Notes under the pieces: generated by a model | The model's input: only the letters and a program-made list of their open reading frames with translations | What the model was told of the DNA's origin: nothing | Database searches by the model: none | Translations under genes and position numbers: made by a program | In this document: positions 34,494-35,615 of the stretch, in pieces | Position numbering within the stretch: position 1 is the stretch's first letter | Layout: each line of letters starts with the position of its first letter | IMG/VR virus record: IMGVR_UViG_3300033067_000289 | Span: 1 to 35,615 of that record | Source of the DNA: a virus | Lineage: Duplodnaviria; Caudoviricetes | Strand: one strand, 5' to 3' | DNA: 35,615 nt

Positions 34494-34682
34494 ATGACCT
34501 ACGCCACCAAGACCATCCCCGAAGGCACCAAGCTGTACACCACGCTGGCACGCTGCTGCCACTACCAGATGCGCCGCCCCAGAGGCGTGCAAGCTGTCAT
34601 CGGCCAAGATGGCAAGTTTGCAGGCTTTGCTGCCTTGCCTGCCAAGCAAGACGGCATGGATGTCGTTTGGCGCACAACCTAA
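34494..34682 (+). CDS. 62-aa hypothetical early protein
   Basis: Strong AAGGAG RBS; first gene of the rightward unit. Confidence 0.7.
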   Translation: MTYATKTIPEGTKLYTTLARCCHYQMRRPRGVQAVIGQDGKFAGFAALPAKQDGMDVVWRTT

Positions 34683-34729
34683 CCCCACCCCCGGCCACGC
34701 GCCGGGGATTGAAACACCAAGGTGAGAAC

Positions 34730-35095
34730 ATGCAAACCCCCTGCTACCACACCATCCAAGCCGAGCGCCACTTAGCCGCAGTGGCGCGTGGAGACGACCG
34801 ATTCGCCGCCGCCTGGCAGTCGCTTTACGACGAGTTCATGGCGGGCGTTCGCGCCGGGCTCGGCTCCGTCATCGACACGCCCGACTATCACAAGCCGCAG
34901 TCCACCGTGTTGGAGGTCATGGCCGAGTATCTGGAGTTTGTCGGCCATCAGGCTGACGTGCGCGAAGTCTTTGCCTTGCTGATTGACGCAAGCCACGGGC
35001 ACGACACCAGCGCCCGCGCTGCTGCGCTGATTGAGCGCATCGCGGTGCACCATGCCAATTACCACGCTGACCGCAAAATGGAGAACCAGGAATGA
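34730..35095 (+). CDS. Hypothetical early protein (121 aa)
   Basis: Start reassigned to ATG 34730 after AAGGTGAG; ATGA overlap with the next ORF. Confidence 0.72.
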   Translation: MQTPCYHTIQAERHLAAVARGDDRFAAAWQSLYDEFMAGVRAGLGSVIDTPDYHKPQSTVLEVMAEYLEFVGHQADVREVFALLIDASHGHDTSARAAALIERIAVHHANYHADRKMENQE

Positions 35096-35244
35096 CCGAA
35101 GACCGCCAAGCCTACTATCGTGAGCTTGCCCACGAAAGCGCCACCGAGCGCCGCTACAGCACCGCGCTGGACCTGCACCCGCGCTGTGATGACCCGGACC
35201 ATCCGGGCTGTGGTTACTGCCAAGATGAGGAGGGCGAATCATGA
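35092..35244 (+). CDS. 50-aa protein with HPxCxDPDHPGCxxC motif, absent from the ORF track
   Basis: MTEDRQAYYRELAHE...LHPRCDDPDHPGCGYCQDEEGES; GGAG upstream; ATGA overlaps at both ends. Confidence 0.72.
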   Translation: MTEDRQAYYRELAHESATERRYSTALDLHPRCDDPDHPGCGYCQDEEGES

Positions 35245-35582
35245 GCAGCGGTAAGCATACGCCGGGGCCGTGGGAATGGGACGGCAAGGTCTGGTGTTAC
35301 GACGACAGCAACGAGGCGCCTTGGCTTATTCAAGCCCCGTGGAGTGATGTCGCCAGTAAGGCGGTCCTAACCGGCACTATCCGCTGCGAATCCGAAGCAA
35401 ACGCCCGACTCATATCCGCCGCGCCTGATTTATTGGAGGCTGCAAAGCTGGTCATTGCTTGGTATGAGGCGGAAGACGATCACAGCAAAGCTGACTTTTA
35501 TCAGCGCATGGAGATGTGCCGTCAGTCTGAGGCCGCATGCCGCGCCGCCATCGCCAAAGCCACAGGAGCTACCAATGTTTGA
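35241..35582 (+). CDS. Phage protein of HTPGPW...ANARLIAAAPDLLEA type
   Basis: KHTPGPW, ANARLISAAPDLLEA and RAAIAKATG motifs; GAGGAGG RBS. Confidence 0.85.
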   Translation: MSSGKHTPGPWEWDGKVWCYDDSNEAPWLIQAPWSDVASKAVLTGTIRCESEANARLISAAPDLLEAAKLVIAWYEAEDDHSKADFYQRMEMCRQSEAACRAAIAKATGATNV

Positions 35583-35615
35583 CCCCCACACCTACCGCTA
35601 CCCCCGCACATGGGC
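35575..35615 (+). CDS. 5' fragment of next small gene (MFDPHTYRYPRTW...)
   Basis: AGGAG RBS, ATG 35575, open to the window edge. Confidence 0.55.
   Translation, partial: MFDPHTYRYPRTW

Larger units (their letters stand above)
1..35615. mobile_element. Tailed bacteriophage (contractile-tail myovirus morphotype), most of genome
   Basis: Contiguous terminase-portal-capsid-sheath-tube-TMP-baseplate-fibre-lysis operon plus phage replication genes; no host housekeeping genes; both window ends lie inside small + strand phage-type ORFs. Confidence 0.97.

Noticed and set aside
34689-34707. CCCCGGC-CACGC-GCCGGGG hairpin as terminator
   Set aside because: No U-tract on either strand; may be a stabilising hairpin but unsupported

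Overview
The whole window is most of a high-GC tailed phage genome with a contractile tail. Its head-tail gene set is of the Bcep1/Bcep781 and Aaphi23 type: DUF1073 portal, DUF2213 protease, DUF2184 capsid, DUF4054 adaptor, DUF3383 sheath and DUF2612 baseplate. A ~24 kb minus-strand late operon (24634 to 745) runs holin, terminase, head, tail, baseplate, two collar-domain fibres, GH19 endolysin and Rz/Rz1. A replication/recombination block holds a Prim-Pol primase-helicase with an iteron/IHF-like origin, a small HTH regulator, a Sak4-like AAA ATPase, SSB, YqaJ exonuclease, DExH helicase and VRR-NUC, followed by small early genes. No integrase, CRISPR array, canonical tRNA or reverse transcriptase was seen. 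Two things stand out. (1) A three-gene insert inside the baseplate cluster encodes a second copy of the capsid decoration protein with a C-terminal LIDGxP tail, a 611-aa beta-helix protein and a small membrane protein, suggesting a capsid-displayed glycan-binding or depolymerase spike. (2) A ~480-nt region at 188-667, bounded by a promoter and a terminator, is highly base-paired and contains nested tRNA-like modules and a possible kissing loop. Family names come from motif recognition and synteny only; no searches were run.
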